DNA from: Lama glama
Taxonomy: Eukaryota
Direction: 5' to 3'
NCBI GenBank assembly: GCA_028534125.1
Contig: CM052816.1
Span: forward strand, 1-64,000
DNA length: 64,000 bases
Shown in pieces: positions 1 to 13,600 of the stretch. Numbering within the stretch: position 1 is the stretch's first letter; the number at the start of each line of letters is the position of its first letter. The notes under the pieces were generated by a model, which was given only the letters and a program-made list of their open reading frames with translations, had not been told where the DNA came from and did not search any database. The position numbers and the translations under genes are program-made.

Positions 1-179
1 CCACAGTATACTTTCCAGAGCTCCGTCCAGTTTTTCAAGTGACTCAGCTGATGGAGTTTCCACCAGTTCCCAGAGGATGCAGAAAGGTGGTGTCTGAGAC
101 TGCTAACTTGGACCAGGATTTAGTCTTCTGTCTCATGACAAAGATCCCAGCAGTGATCTTTGTTTGGAAAGAGATGTGG

Positions 180-400
180 GGGTAAATCCTGTCTCTGTCA
201 CTAACTTCCGTGTAATTGTGGATGGATGACCTCAGCTCGCCTCGTCACCATGTCCCCCTCCGCAAAGCGGGGGTGCGTGGCTGGGCTCTGAGACTTGGCG
301 GTGGCACCTTACATAGCGCTTTATAGTTTTCACAGCTTGTTCACATTTGTGATCTCATTTGAACCTCTTCATTCTTAGGAAAGGAGTTGGTCTTACTATC
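180..400. mobile_element. Degenerate MIR SINE fragments
   Basis: MIR-like motifs 'aaatcctgtctctgtcactaact...' and 'ttcacatttgtgatctcatttgaacctc'. Confidence 0.45.
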
Positions 401-2016
401 CTCTGGGCCATCTCCCTGCCTTTATCCTGTTTCCTGTTAATCAGATGAAGCAGTTCTTCCAGGCAGTGGGTGGTGGGCCAGGTGGTCAGGAGTTCCTTTC
501 GACTGTGTTCACAGAGCTGCTTTCCTTTGACCACATGGCTACTGTCATGCCTTCTGAGACAACACATGGGATGCACTTTACTCCCCTCGAGGAGTGGCCT
601 CCTCTCCCAGGCAGTAGCACTGCTCAGGGCTGTCCCAGGCCACCTGGTGGAACCTAGAGCTTTCTTGCCTGTGTCACCTGGTGGGAACTGCTAGGGAGAG
701 GGGCGATTCCAGTGTGAAGCATGATCCGTTATCAGTAGATTGCACTCAGGGTCCTTTGTGGTAGTCACCCAGGCTGTTCACTACTGATATCCATCCCTTG
801 TGACAGAGGACTTTGAATGGGTCTGTAGGCGGGTTGATCCACTGGGAGTTAGTAAACAGGGCACCAAGGGCTCATCTTAATCATTTAGATTCTTCAGTGC
901 CTTTTTCTTGATCTAACCAATGATCTGAAACTTTCTCTAAAAGAAAAGAGGTATTAACATTTATTGCAAGTAGTTGGTCACTAAGATTTCTCGTAAAATC
1001 ATTTCTTTTTGCTGTCAGCTTAAGGACATTGAATTTTTAAACCCAGGTTCAGTAACTGTGTAATTAAAAGCACATTTCACAATGCAGCTAGTCTCAAAAG
1101 GATTGTAATAAAATGGCTGCTCTCACCCAGTTCATGGAACTGTATGAAGTATGACAGGAGTCCCACCTCTGGGGGCGAGGGGCTGCCATCCAGCTTCCTT
1201 GATCTGGCTGTGCTGGAGAGCCCTCCACCCTGCGGGCGCCACCCTCCCCTGCGGCATCGCCGTGGTTTATGCATTTCTGTGTGTCTTCCACACGTCTGTG
1301 CCTGCTGGTGCTGCCCGTTCCTCCCCGCAGAACCCCAGGGCCGTCTCCCAGCACTTGCCGCTAGGCTCATGGGGTTGTGTCGTGTAACTGCTTCATTGCC
1401 TTGTGTTATTTCTGCTGTTTTGTTCCACCTTTTGTATTTGTATGTACGGTATTTCAAACATACAGAGAAAAAGGATTTTGTTTTTCTTTTTCAGTTTTGT
1501 TTTTCCAGCTTTAGTCTGCACCTAGGTGCTTGGGTTTAGACAAGTAGTGAAAACAGTGATTAGGCGAGAGCTGGAACCCAGATCTAAGTTGTTGGCTCCA
1601 GGTCCCTTGTTCCGCCCTGTGCCAGCCTGCCATGCTGCTGTTTGCAGGAATTCCACATGAATGTGGTAACATCCCCAGCAAGGCTGTCAGCATCAACTGA
1701 AACAGCGAACCATGGGCTGGATGAAGCGATGCCCCAGGGGTGCACCTCCTGGGCCGTGTGGTCAGTCTCCTTGCCGATAACCTGGAGCCGGGGCCAGAGG
1801 GCAGATACGTCATCTCCCAGCAGCTAGTGCCAGAAAGTGGCGAGCTGAGACCCGCACCCAGGCTCAGAGCCGCAGGCTCTGGCTCTGTGCTCAGGGTCTT
1901 CATCACACTCATTGTCACCGAATTTCTTAAGTGTTGTAAAACTGATGGAAAGAAATAGTCTCTGTTTTTGTGAGAAGAAAAGGCAGCCCTTCCTGTCATC
2001 TGTACCTCTCTTGCAG

Positions 2017-2163
2017 ATCCTGAAGAAACTGAAGGATCTTGCCTTGGATGCCGAGACGGAGCTGGAGAGGCAGGATGAGGCCCTGGACGACCTCACTGCA
2101 GCGGTGGACCGGACAACCTTAACCATTGACAAGCACAATCGACGAATGAAGAAACTAACATAG
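2017..2163 (+). CDS. SNAP47: Last coding exon of synaptosomal-associated protein 47 (C-terminal SNARE coiled coil)
   Basis: Acceptor 'tgtacctctcttgcag|' at 2016/2017, phase 0. It encodes ILKKLKDLALDAETELERQDEALDDLTAAVDRTTLTIDKHNRRMKKLT then TAG, matching the recalled SNAP47 C-terminus. Upstream exons lie outside the window, so 1-2016 is last intron. Confidence 0.95.
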   Translation: MLKKLKDLALDAETELERQDEALDDLTAAVDRTTLTIDKHNRRMKKLT

Positions 2164-2940
2164 AAGGAAAAGAAACCATAGAGGTGACTGCTTTTAATGA
2201 GAATCACTTCTCTGAATATGTTGTTCTCAACCCCTGCATGCTTCCTTGAAATGAAGACCCCAGGAAGTCATTCCAAGGGCCCTGTCCCAGGAGGTGCACG
2301 GCTGCCTCAGGATGGAAGGTGGCTGTGAGGGCGGTGGGCAGCTTAGCTTGGGGTAATCATGGCTGCACCAAGGGATCTGAAGGTACAGCTGCAGGAGGGG
2401 AGTTCTTCCTGCAAACGCAGTGAGCAGCCTTCCCACGAGGTGCTCTCGGGCTGCGCGGGCAGCCAGGAGCACACACGCATTCGGATCTGGGGCTCAGCCC
2501 TACTGAGGCGGCCGCCGCAGCACAGTGGCTCTTCCCCTGAGGGTAGGCTGCACGCAGTACTCAGGGGCCACTGCATGGTCACAACCCCAGGCCTCCAGCA
2601 GCACAGCTAACCGCTCTTTCATCCTTTCTCCATTCTTGATAAGCAGAAAAGGATGAGTTGTCTCTATGAAAGCGGTCTACTTATTTCTAACTCTCTGCCC
2701 ATCTGAACACTGCAGGTGTACCCCGTGTGAACAGAATCTCTCCTCCGGGGCCACATTCAGGCCTGAGCCGCCCCTCCTACGTGGGCCGCTCGGCCTAGAC
2801 CCCACAGCCTTTCCTTTCGTTCCATTTCCCTCTGGTAGACAGGTCAGAGTCTGGTTGTATTGTGATCTTCCAACCTAAGCTGAGAGTCTAGTCACCTCAA
2901 GGTCATCCTATAAATACTCTTTCACTGCCCAGTTTTTAGT
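2164..2940 (+). other. SNAP47: Putative SNAP47 3' UTR (end uncertain)
   Basis: Follows the stop codon. A variant poly(A) signal TATAAA at 2909-2914 is followed by T-rich sequence; no canonical AATAAA seen nearby. Confidence 0.35.
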
Positions 2941-3377
2941 CAAACATGAAAATAGTACAAACTACCTATTTTAAAAAGTAATTAATTTTTGCTCTTCTGC
3001 CCCATTTCTATTCAGAAACAAAAGACAAGTGCTAATTTTAAGATATTTTTTGAAGATACGTATTGATGCTGCTTTCCGCTTGGTTTGGGGTGTCTTAGTG
3101 TGTCCCCGGGAGAGCCCCTCATGGGAAGACAAGGGGAAAGTAGAGAAATGGGCGATCCCCTTTCCTTCTCACCACAGGCCACCCCAGACTGCTCTGCAGT
3201 AGCCCCTCAAAGATCTACGCACCGAGAGGCTCACTGAGACCTCCCAGAGATGGTACTTTAAATTACCTCTCCTACAGCCCTGCCAGGAAGGAGCCTCGAG
3301 GCCGTGCCCTGCCCCGCGGCACTGCTCCACTTGCGTCCTAAGCCCTGGATGTTTTTAAGAATGAGTTCACAGGTGCA

Positions 3378-3795
3378 GTGTTAGCTTTCTGGAGCTGCCC
3401 TAACGCAGTACCGCAAACAGGGCTTACTGCAATGCAGATGCACTCTCTCCCAAGTCTGGAGGCCAGGGTCAAGGTGTGAGCACGCTGTGTCCTTCTGGAG
3501 GCTCTAGGGGAGGCTCTTTCCTGCCACTGCCAGCTGCTGGTGCCTCTGGTGTCCCTGGGCTTGTGGCTACATCACCCTAATTTCTGCCTCCGTTTCATCT
3601 GGCCGTCTTCCTGTGTCTCTGTGTCTCAAGTCTCCCTCTCCTTTCTCCTGTAAGGACACTTATCATTGGATTCAGGGCTCACCTAATCCAGGGTGATCTC
3701 TTTGCAAGATACTTACCTTGATGATATCTACAAAGACCCTATTTCCAGATAAGGGCACGTGCTAAGGTTCTCAGTGGGCATGAATTTGGGGTCAC
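3378..3795 (-). mobile_element. MaLR solo LTR (MLT1C-like)
   Basis: 'tctggaggccag...tcaaggtgtgagca...ctggaggctctaggggag...taaggacacttatcattggattcagggc...aaagaccctatttcca' match MLT1 motifs. Confidence 0.8.
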
Positions 3796-5784
3796 CTAGG
3801 GATGTGCAGCCTTGGGAAGCCAACCTATTCCAAGAAGACATGGAAAGTAGCCCTTCTAGAAAGTGACGTTCATAAGGGTTTTTGATTCTTTTTTTAATTT
3901 GCTAACTTATATCCCTAGTCTCTGTTCGTCTCATTTGGTTTGTACTTACCAGCCTCCAAAATGAGAGGTGGGCCTGTTCTCTCAAGGTTCCTTACTGTAG
4001 TGCAGGCGTGTGAGCAGCTGCTCTTGACAGTGTCTGGTCCATCAGGGGTCGGAGCTTTCAGAGTTCAGGCCCATTCCAGGGGCGGTCTGGCCCCGGGCGG
4101 CCTCTTCTCCTTATCCTCAACGACAGGGAGGGGCAGCGAGGGCGCAGCAGAGGTGACGATGTGTCAGAAAGGACAGTTACCGAGACCTCATGACCAGAGA
4201 GGCGAGGCGGCAGCAGCTGGATCCTTGTCCTCACGGAACTTGGAGCAGTGCTGGGGGCGGGGCAGCCCCTGAGGAGCAAGTTCCCCCGAGGCGGAGTGCC
4301 TGGTTCTCACCGTGGCCACACACTGGGCTCGGGCCAGGGCCTCAGAAGACACCAACACATGTGCGTGCACACACCGATCCCGGGCCCCTCAGTCAGCATC
4401 TCTGTGGACACGCACGCTCCACAGATGTTTCTAAGGAGCACACAGGACAAGATCCACAGGCCAAGGGACTTAGCTACCACCAAACCTATTCTCTCTCTCT
4501 CTCTCCATCTAGCTTGGAGAGCCCTGGGCAACTAAAACAAAAGTGAATCTTCTCCATTCATAATGCTGTTCCAAATCCAGGCATACCCCGCTCAGGGGTT
4601 CTCAGCTCAGCCTTCAGTGGCCCATTGGCACCTCCTTGTCCTGAAAACAGATACTATCCAGCACTCATGTGGCATCAGGGCTGCACACACCTCGGCTGCT
4701 AACAGGCCTCTAGAAAGCAGGGAGTGGGACCCGGCTGGTGGCCTCTCCCTGTGAGTTAGCGCTGAGTGCTCTGGGCCTCACCTTCTCCTTATCCATCACT
4801 TGGGAACGCATAAAGCCCCAACACTCTGGGCATACAGGGATGTGGTACTGAAGACATTGTACCACTAGAGGATTATTCTCCAGGACTTTTCCCTCCCATG
4901 AATAATTGTTAGAGACTATGGTCTGTCTATGTGGAGACTTAAGAGAGTAAAAAAAAAAAAAAGCCATCAAGAGCCATTTTATACTATTCTCTAAACCTTG
5001 GCCCCAGAGTTAAGTTTTTTTAAGCATAACCCCTTCCAGGAAGTAGCAGAAAATCCATCTGTCAGACCGTTAGTCACTAAGGCTGAAACAAATTTGCCAA
5101 GAACCCTGTAAAGCCAGGCAGTGACTCCCACAGCACACTGGTCCCCAGCCCAGGTGCACTGACTCCACCTCCCACCGCTCCCTCCACTCCTGGTGCTCCG
5201 GCTCTGCCTCCACATTCTGGACACGGGAGGGGCACGAGGGGGATCGGACACTGGGAATACCGGGGGAAGGAGAGGAGCAGGTAGGCTGGGGATCTCCTGC
5301 CATCCTCAGGCAGCCCAGGAGCTAAGTGTCATGATGCCTGGAACCCAGTGGATCCCATCAGGTGAGCAGACCCTCAAGAGACTGGCAGGAATGGCGCACA
5401 ATCCCATTGTCTGACCATCATCGCTAGTGTTTGGCTCAGGACCTGTTGTGTCTCCTGTTTTGTTTTTTTACTTTCCTGTTACGGAGCTTGCCCTCTGACA
5501 TTGATTGGTTCGTGTACAGGGTCAAGCTCACCCGTGTGCTTTATTTCAAAATCTGTTTGCCCTTAAACCTGTGGCGGAGGGAATGGATTCTGTTAGTTTG
5601 TTGTCACTCCTTAAGGCGTTTGCACTTCCTAAAATACGAAATGCTTTGAGCTCAGTTTTACACTCTGTAAAGGTGGGCAAAATGCAAGACCCACGTCTAA
5701 TGCAGCTGTGTGACCAACGTGGAGCTGAAATGAAGCTGCTTTGACATTTCATCAAAAACGGCTGAATCTTCCGTTTGTTTAGGG

Positions 5785-6080
5785 CAGAGGTCAGCAGACT
5801 GTCTATAAAAGGCCAGGTAGAAAATAATACTTCATTTTTCAAGCCATCATGACGTCTGTTGAAATGTCTCAGGCCTGCTGTTAAATGAAGGCAGCCTGGG
5901 CTTCTGAGCAGACTGACATGCTATGCTCCCAATAAAACCGCCTGTGAGATTAGAACGTGTATGTCATGTGTTGTGAAATGTTTTGTCTTGTTTTGGTTTT
6001 CTTCTTTAAGCCATTTGAAAATTCAGGCATGCCTTAGCTTGCAGGTTGTGGGAACAGGCTGCAGGTGTCTGTAGCCACCT
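5785..6080 (+). mobile_element. MER58-like hAT-Charlie DNA transposon remnant
   Basis: 'cagaggtcagcagactgtctataaaaggccaggtagaaaata...ccaataaaac...tttaagccatttgaaaatt' resemble MER58B. Confidence 0.6.
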
Positions 6081-6240
6081 GCCCAGGTGGGTGCGTTCCT
6101 TTTGAGGTTTCAGGTCAGAGTTGTGCAGCCTGGGCTGCCCTGAGGGCAGTGCCCTTCCCTCCTCAGCCCGAGCCCGGCCCGAGCCCGTCACATAGCACTG
6201 CTGCCGGTGGCCAGAGCTGAGCCTAGGCTCGTGGCTGGGA

Positions 6241-7200
6241 GGCTTCTTGGTATTCTTGCTATAAAAGGTGAAAAAGGACATAATGGAAAAGACAAAAAGA
6301 ACATAATGAAACATGAGAAATTAATGACAAAATCTTTAAAAGAGTCTATTGTGAAAAAATGGAGACATGAAAAATGTTTGATGGAGGGGGGGATAGCTCA
6401 GTGGTACAGTGACTGTTGAGCATGCATGAGGTCCTGGGTTCAACCCCCAGCACCTCCATTAGTAAGTAAATAAATAAACCTAATTACCTACCCCCACCGC
6501 CGAAAAAAAACCCAAAAGAAAAAAGAAAAATGTTTGAATACATTTGAATGTGTGTAGATTCATGGTTATGGTTGTATTTGGGTATGTCTTAGAGAAAGTG
6601 ACACTGTCTCAAAGTTGATCATTAAGGATTCAGGATCTAATGTCAGATGTAAGTTCTTTATGATATAAAAAAACTGTTGTCTCTTCAGATTTCTCTGGAA
6701 ATAAAATGAGCAGATGAAGGATGCTATATCTTATCAATACATTTATTGTGTATTAATGGTAATACATGTCTGGACTTCATTTAAATGTCCCATCACGTGT
6801 TCAGTCCTTATATTTTGCCAAATAATCTAAACCAGATTCTGTGCCACATACCAAAATTCTGTCTACATCATGTACTCCATTATCAAATAGCAAGAAGTTT
6901 TCACCATTTTCAAGAAGCTTACCCTCATCAGGAATCACAGAAGCATTTCTTTTTGGGGGGTGGGAGGCCCTTGATCTTCTTTTCCCTTCAGCTTCTAATA
7001 CCTCATGATAAATTTGGTAAAGAAAGCATTAGAGAACAAATTGTATCTCAGTTAGCTAAAGAATCGATAATTAGTGCTCCCAAAGACTACTGTGAATTAC
7101 AGTTATTTTATCTCTTACGTCAAAATTGCCCTACAGCCAATCAGTTGTGCGGTAGAACTGCTTACGGCAAAGATGTTTACAGCAAAAATACTGGACACCC
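6241..7200. mobile_element. Old non-autonomous DNA transposon remnant with imperfect terminal inverted repeats (possibly MER99-like)
   Basis: Left end 'gtattcttgctataaa' matches the reverse complement of the right end 'tttacagcaaaaatac' at 14/16. The interior is AT-rich in a GC-rich context and is interrupted by a SINE. Confidence 0.45.
6382..6524 (+). mobile_element. tRNA-derived SINE (camelid Vic-1-like)
   Basis: A box 'tagctcagtgg', B box 'ggttcaaccc', A-rich tail, and perfect TSD gaaaaatgtttga at 6369-6381 and 6525-6537. Confidence 0.85.
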
Positions 7201-9840
7201 GCCAGCTCGTTTCCTGACTGTGCTCAGCTCTCCAGAGCCTTGAAGCCCACATCCCGCATCGATGAGACAAAGTCAATCCTGTTCCTTTTAAAGGCAGAAA
7301 AAGGGGACAGTGGAGAGAGGGGAGTGAGATGGGAAATGGCTGGTGCTGGTTTCCACAAGTCATCTTCTCTGAAGGCCCCCAAAATCAGCACACACACACG
7401 TTTTAGGAGAGAGGGAAAAATAAAAATCAGTCCTTCGGACATTTTCAAATACCACAGAAAGCCGCAGTGTATGCAGTCACTTGGGGTGGGGGCTCTGGTT
7501 TGGTTTGCAACTTGATGCAATGCCCTCTTGGAGGCAGCTGTGTTGGTTGGGGCACCAACCCTGGCGTGAGACCACACTTCACGGATGCACCTCTGATGCC
7601 CCACTGGCCTCACCTGTGAGGAGCTCCCTCTCCTCTCACTGCTGCCAGTTTAATTATTAGCTATGGGTTTGAATCAAACTTGAAAGACATGCAAATTGCA
7701 GTCAGTTTTCACATTTGCAACTGATTTCCATATCCACATAATATCTCCGGCTTTTGGCACCCATCTGGAAACTTGGAACAGCAGTGGGTTTGCCCAGGAG
7801 GTAATTTTCCCTGATTCATTTTGAAAGTGAAAAGCCACAGGGCTGGTCCTCCAGCCAGTCTGAAGGCAGGGGTGGTCCCGCTTCCCAGAAGGGCTGCTCT
7901 GTCTCATCCCTCAGCTTCCTCAGAGGGAAGCAGGCCCACAGGGGCAGAGTGGGGAGGGTATCGATTCAAAGACAACGGGAGCTGCTCACCAACCCAGGAG
8001 AGCCATCCAGGGGCCACGTGCAGTGCCCAGGGGAGGAGACCCCGGCTGCAGGGGCAGGGAGCCATGAGCAGGACCCGGGTCCAGGCTGTGCTCTGCGGGC
8101 CGGGCTCCCGCTCACGAGGACTACCATGTCCCGCATCATCCCATCACGAGTGGCTGCTCTCCTGGGCTGCGCTGGCGCGCACTGACTTTCCAACACGTTC
8201 TCCCACCGGGTCTGAAGCAGCACTTTTTCCTAGGGTCCCCTGCATTTCACTCTTGTCTCCTGTCACAAACTTTGCCCCTTTCTCTCGCCCAGAGGAAAGA
8301 AGTGTGAGCTAAGATAATGGGCAACTCACTTCCCCCATCTGTTCCTCCTGAAGGCTGGAGTATTAGGGAAAGGGGCGTGTTCCCTAGAATGGGTAAAGGG
8401 CAGGGTGCAGAGACCCAGCCATATGTGGAGGGCCAAGGCCCCACAGGCGTCTTGAAGATGCACAGACAACCTGAGGCTGCTGCCCACGGGGCCTCCTCCT
8501 CCACGGTTTGGGGCGCCCCTGCCCACCAGTAGTGGCTACCCCATTCCCATGCCTAGCCCGTGGATCTGGTGCTGAGAGGCTAATGAGGCCGGCCCTTTTT
8601 TAGAGGCTTTTGGGGCAGATGCCCTGGAAGGGAGCAAGGGGCCGGGCGCAGCCATCCGGCTCCCACGCCGTGGAAGGTGAGGACAAGCAGAGAATGTGCA
8701 GACTTGGAATATCCCTTAGATGCAGCTGTTTGAACCTTGGGCTGCATTTTCCAGTGGAAGTGATGCTCTACAGGATGGTTTGTTTCCTAATGTGACGGTA
8801 GTGTTGAGATGCGCCTCTTGGGAATGAAGATTAGGAATGGAGATGATGGGGGTGGGTCAGAGGGCAAGCCTGGGGGCCCGTTCCCAAGTACCCAGTAAGT
8901 GAGTCATCTTGAATCAAACACAAGTCTGCTCCTGTGTGCTGGCCTTGCTCTGAGTGCTCACAGAAGCTCCCCAGAGGGGAGCTCTGTTTACCCTTCTTAC
9001 AGGCGAGGAGACAAACACTTAACACCCACGTAGGGTCAGCACTCAGGCCTCTAAGGGCTGCTGAGATCCTGACTGCCCGACGCGAGTGAGCCCACAGGAA
9101 AGAGGAGGGAGCGCACAGAAAGGACAGTGTGGGGAGAAGGGAGACTGTCTCAGGTTGTGGGGCACAGTCTGGGTGAGCCGGGGCTCCTCAGGGTGCAGAT
9201 ACCAGCCGCAGATCCAGACCCGCCCATTGATGCCCTATCTCGTAGAAAACGGGTTTCCTTTTGGAAGCAGCAGCTGCCTGCTAAGCTCACAGACGACCAT
9301 GCTTACAACTGGCTTGTCCATGCAGGACATTGCCTTGCCTGACACAGGAGGGTCACAGAGGGGACTGGAGCAATAGCTGGGCATGGGAGTGGGGTCGGGG
9401 GGTGAGGGGGGAAGGCCCGGGGGACTCTGTGTCCTGACCCCTTCAGCTTAACCCAAAATCAGGAGTTATCTGAACCTGAAGCCTCACTTGCTTTGTGCCC
9501 TGGTTGGAGCATACAGGTCATGAGGAAAGACACCTTTTTTGAGCCGACTCTGACCTCTGGGTCCTGTGAAGTAATCGCTCTGCACTCCTGGCGTCACACA
9601 CTAGCCTGAAGCTGCTCACAGCACCACCCACGCCTGCTTGCTCAGCTCTCCCTTGTCACACTGCCCAGCACGAGAACATCCGCATGGATGGGTGGGGTCT
9701 CCCTGTTGCTCAGCTCTCACAGTCCGCAGTCCTCAGTGTGGGTGGGGTCTCCCCGTCACCCAGCCCTTCACTCTTAGCTAGACCTCACAGCAGGGAGTCA
9801 GCTGGCCTGGCTGCAAACTGTACAAAAGAGCAAACGGGGA

Positions 9841-10287
9841 TGTGATTTTCCTGGGACTGCTGTGACAAAATACCACAAACTGGGTGGCTTGAAGCAACAG
9901 AATTTATGCTCTCACAAGTCTGGAGGCCAGAATCTTGAAGTCAAGGTGTCAGCAGGGCCCTGTTCCTTTCAGAGGCTCTAGGAGAAAATCTGTACTGCCT
10001 CTCCACCTTCTGGTGGCCTGAAGCCACATCTCTTCATTTCCACTGCATTTGTGTATCACCTCTTCCTCTTGTATGTCTGTCTCAAAATTCCATCTGCCTC
10101 TTTCTTATAAGGACACTTGTCAGTGAATTTAGCATCCACCAGATAATTCTACATGATCTGCTCGTCTCAAGGTTCTTAATCTAACTGCATATGTAGAGGC
10201 ACTTTTTCTAAGTAGGTCACATTTATAGGTTCCTGGAGTTACGAGTTTGTACATATCTTTTGGGGAGCAACAGTTCAGCCTGTTACA
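9841..10287 (-). mobile_element. MLT1 (MaLR) LTR
   Basis: 'gctgtgacaaaataccacaaactgggtggcttgaagcaacagaatttat...tctggaggccagaa...gtcaaggtgtcagcagggcc...cagttcagcctgttaca'. Confidence 0.85.
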
Positions 10288-10640
10288 GTCTGCCCTCTGT
10301 TTGTCCCCAACTCACATCCACGCCACGTACAAAATACACTCATCCCATCCCAACATCTCCACTAGTCTCAACCCATCCCATAACAGCTCTAAATCCAAAA
10401 TCTCATCTAAATCTCATCAGCTCCAATCTCATGACTTGAATCATCTAAATCCCAGTATTGGAGAGACTCTTGGTATGATCCATCCTGGGGCAAAATTCCT
10501 CTCCATCTCTGACCTGTGAAACCAGAAAACAAATTTTCTGATTTCAAAACACAGTGGTAGGACAGACATACGATAACAGTGACGGACTGTTCCTACTCCA
10601 AAGGGAGTTGAGGAATGGAAGTTAGGAAGGGTCACAAGAG
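10288..10640 (-). mobile_element. MLT1 internal region, part 1
   Basis: Abuts the LTR; 'ccatcctggggcaaaattcctctcc...gacctgtgaaaccagaaaac' are MLT1-int-type motifs. Confidence 0.7.
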
Positions 10641-10644
10641 TTAC

Positions 10645-13600
10645 TGCTTCCTATCGGGCACGTGAGGAGCTGGGAAGTTGATACTCCATCCTAACAAGTT
10701 AAAGGCTGAAGAAACTGAAAATCAACAACTCTTCCTAGGTCCATCAAAGAAGTGAGGTCATAGGGCAAACTTCCTAACTCATTCTGTGAGGCCAGTTTTT
10801 CCTTAACACAAAACCAGACAAAGGCATTCAAAGAAAAGAAAACTACAGACCAATATTTCTCATGACCATAGATGCAAAAATTCTCAACAAAATATTAGCA
10901 AATCAACAGTACATAAATTGATTGTACACAATGACCAAGTTGGATTTATTCCATTTTTTGCAAGACTGGTTCAACATTCAAAATTCAATCAATATAATCC
11001 ATCACATCAACAGACTAAAGAAGAAAAATCACATGATCATATCAATAGCCATAGAAAAAGCATATGACAAAATCCAATGCCCATTCATGATAAAAACTCC
11101 CAGCAAACTAGGAACAGAGGGGAACTTCCTCAATTTCATAAGGAACATCTACAAAAAAATTGACTGCAAATATCATATTTAATGGTGAGAAACTAGAAGC
11201 TTTGCTGCTATGATCAGGAAGAAGGCAAGGGTGTTCCTTCTCACTATTCCTTTTGAACATTGTACCGAAAGTCCTTGCTAAAGCAATAAGACAAGAAAAG
11301 GAAATAAAATGTACACTGTATGGGAAGGGAAAAATAAAACTGTTTTTTGCTTGCAGATGATATGATTGTCTATGAAGAAAATCTGAAAGAACTGACCTCC
11401 CCTTTGCAAAAAAACTGCCAGAATAGACAATTATAGCAAGGTTGCAGGATACAGTGTTAATATACAAAAGCCAATCACTTTCCTATGTGCCATCAATGAA
11501 CATATGGCACTTGAAATTAAAAACACAATGTCATTTATATTAGCACCCCTCCCCCAAATGAAGTATTTAGGTAGAAACCTAACAAAATACGTACAAGATC
11601 TACAGCAGAAAAACTACAAAATTGATGAAGGAAATCAAAGAGGAGCTAAATAGACATTTGGCATCCACAGATAGGAAGACTCAATATTGTCAAGATGCCA
11701 GTACTTCCCAACTTGATCTATAAACTCAATGCCATTCCAATCAAAGCCCCAGTAAGTCATTCTGTGGCTATCAACAAACTGATTCTAAAGTCTGTATAGA
11801 GACGCAAAAGACCAAGAATGGGTGACTCAGTATTGAAAGAGAACAGAGTCAAAGGACCGACATAACTTGACTGCAAGACTGCTATAATGCTGTAGTAATC
11901 AAGACAGTGTGGTGCTGGCGAAAGAGTAGACAAATGAGTAAAAGAGAACAGAAAGCCCAGAAACAGAGAGTCACACAAATGTAGTCATCAGATCTTTGAC
12001 AAAAGGGCAAATGGCAATACAGTGGAGCAAATAAAGTCTTTTCAAAAAATGGTCCAAGAACAACTGGATATCCACATACCTCTCGCCAACAACAACAACA
12101 AAAAAATGAATCTTACATCTTTCAGAAAAATTAACTCAAAACTGATCATAAACCTAAATGGAAAAGATGCAACTATACCTGGAAGATAACACAGGAGAAA
12201 ACCTAGACGATCTTGGGCGTAGTGTTGCCTTTTTAGATACAACAACAACGTCATGATACATGAAAGAAAGAACGGATAAGGTAGACGTCATTAAAATCTA
12301 AAATCTCTGCTCTGTGAAAGGCAATGTAAAGAGAATGAGAAGTCAAGCCATAGACTAGGAGAAAATATTTGCAAGAGACATACCTGATAAAGGACTGTTA
12401 TCCAAAGCACTGAGTGAACTGTGGTATAGCTAGACAATGGAATGTCATTCAGCACTAAAAAGAAATGAGCTGTCAAGTCATGAAAAGACATGAAAGAGAC
12501 ATGAATGTGTATTACTAAGTGAAAGAAAACAATCTGAGAAGGCTATGTACTATGATTCCAACTCTATGATGTTCTGGAAAGGGCAAGAATGTGGAGACAG
12601 AAAAAAAGACGAATGGTTTCCAGGGACTGGAGGGGAGAGAGGGATGCATAGGCAACGCACGAGATTTTTAGGGCAGTGAATCTACTATAATAGTGGATAC
12701 ATCTGTCAAAACCCATAGAATATAGAGCATCGAGTGAACCAGTATGGAGATTCCTCGAAAGACTAAAAATAGACTTACCATATGACCCAGTAATCCTGCT
12801 CCTGGGCATATATCCAGACGGAACCCTACTTCAAAAAGACACCTGCTCCCCAATGTTCATAGCAGCACTATTTACAATAGCAAGACATGGAAACAGCCTA
12901 AATGTTCTTTGACAGATGACTGGATAAAGAAGTCGTGGTATATTTATACAACGGAATACTATTCAGCTGTAAAAAATGACAACATAACGCCATTTGCAGC
13001 AACATGGATGTCCCCGGAGAATGTCATTCTAAGTGAAGTAAGCCAGAAAGAGAAAGAAAAATACCATATGAGATCGCTCATATGTGGAATCTAATAAAAA
13101 GAAAAGAAAAGAAAAAGACAAATGAACATAAATACAAAACAGAAACAGACTCATAGACATAGAATACAAACTTGTGGTTGCCATGGGGGAGGAGGGTGGG
13201 AAGGGAAAGACTGGGAGTTTGAAATGTGTAGATACTGACAGGTATATATAGAATAGATAAACAAGATTATACTGTACAACACAGGGAAATATATACAAGA
13301 TCTGTGGTAGCTCACAGTGAAAAAGAATGTGGCAATGAATATGTGTATGTTCATGTATGACTAAAAATTGTGCTCTACACTGGAAATTAACACAACATTG
13401 TAAACTGACTATAACTCAATAAAATAAAATTTAAAAAAAAAGTGAACCCTAATGTAAGCTATGGACTTTGGGTGATAATGATGTGTCAATGTAGGCGTAT
13501 CGATTATAACATACGTACGTACCCCTCTGTTGTGGGATTTTGATAGTGGCGAGACACTGTGGGGAGAGGGTGTAACTTCTCTGTACTTCACACTCAATTT

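Noticed and set aside
1912..2016. ORF-track extension upstream of the SNAP47 exon
   Set aside because: It lies 5' of a clear splice acceptor and does not resemble SNAP47; intronic read-through.
6385..6457. tRNA-like sequence (also 34860-34930 on the minus strand)
   Set aside because: It has an A-rich tail and TSDs, so it is a SINE head rather than a tRNA gene.
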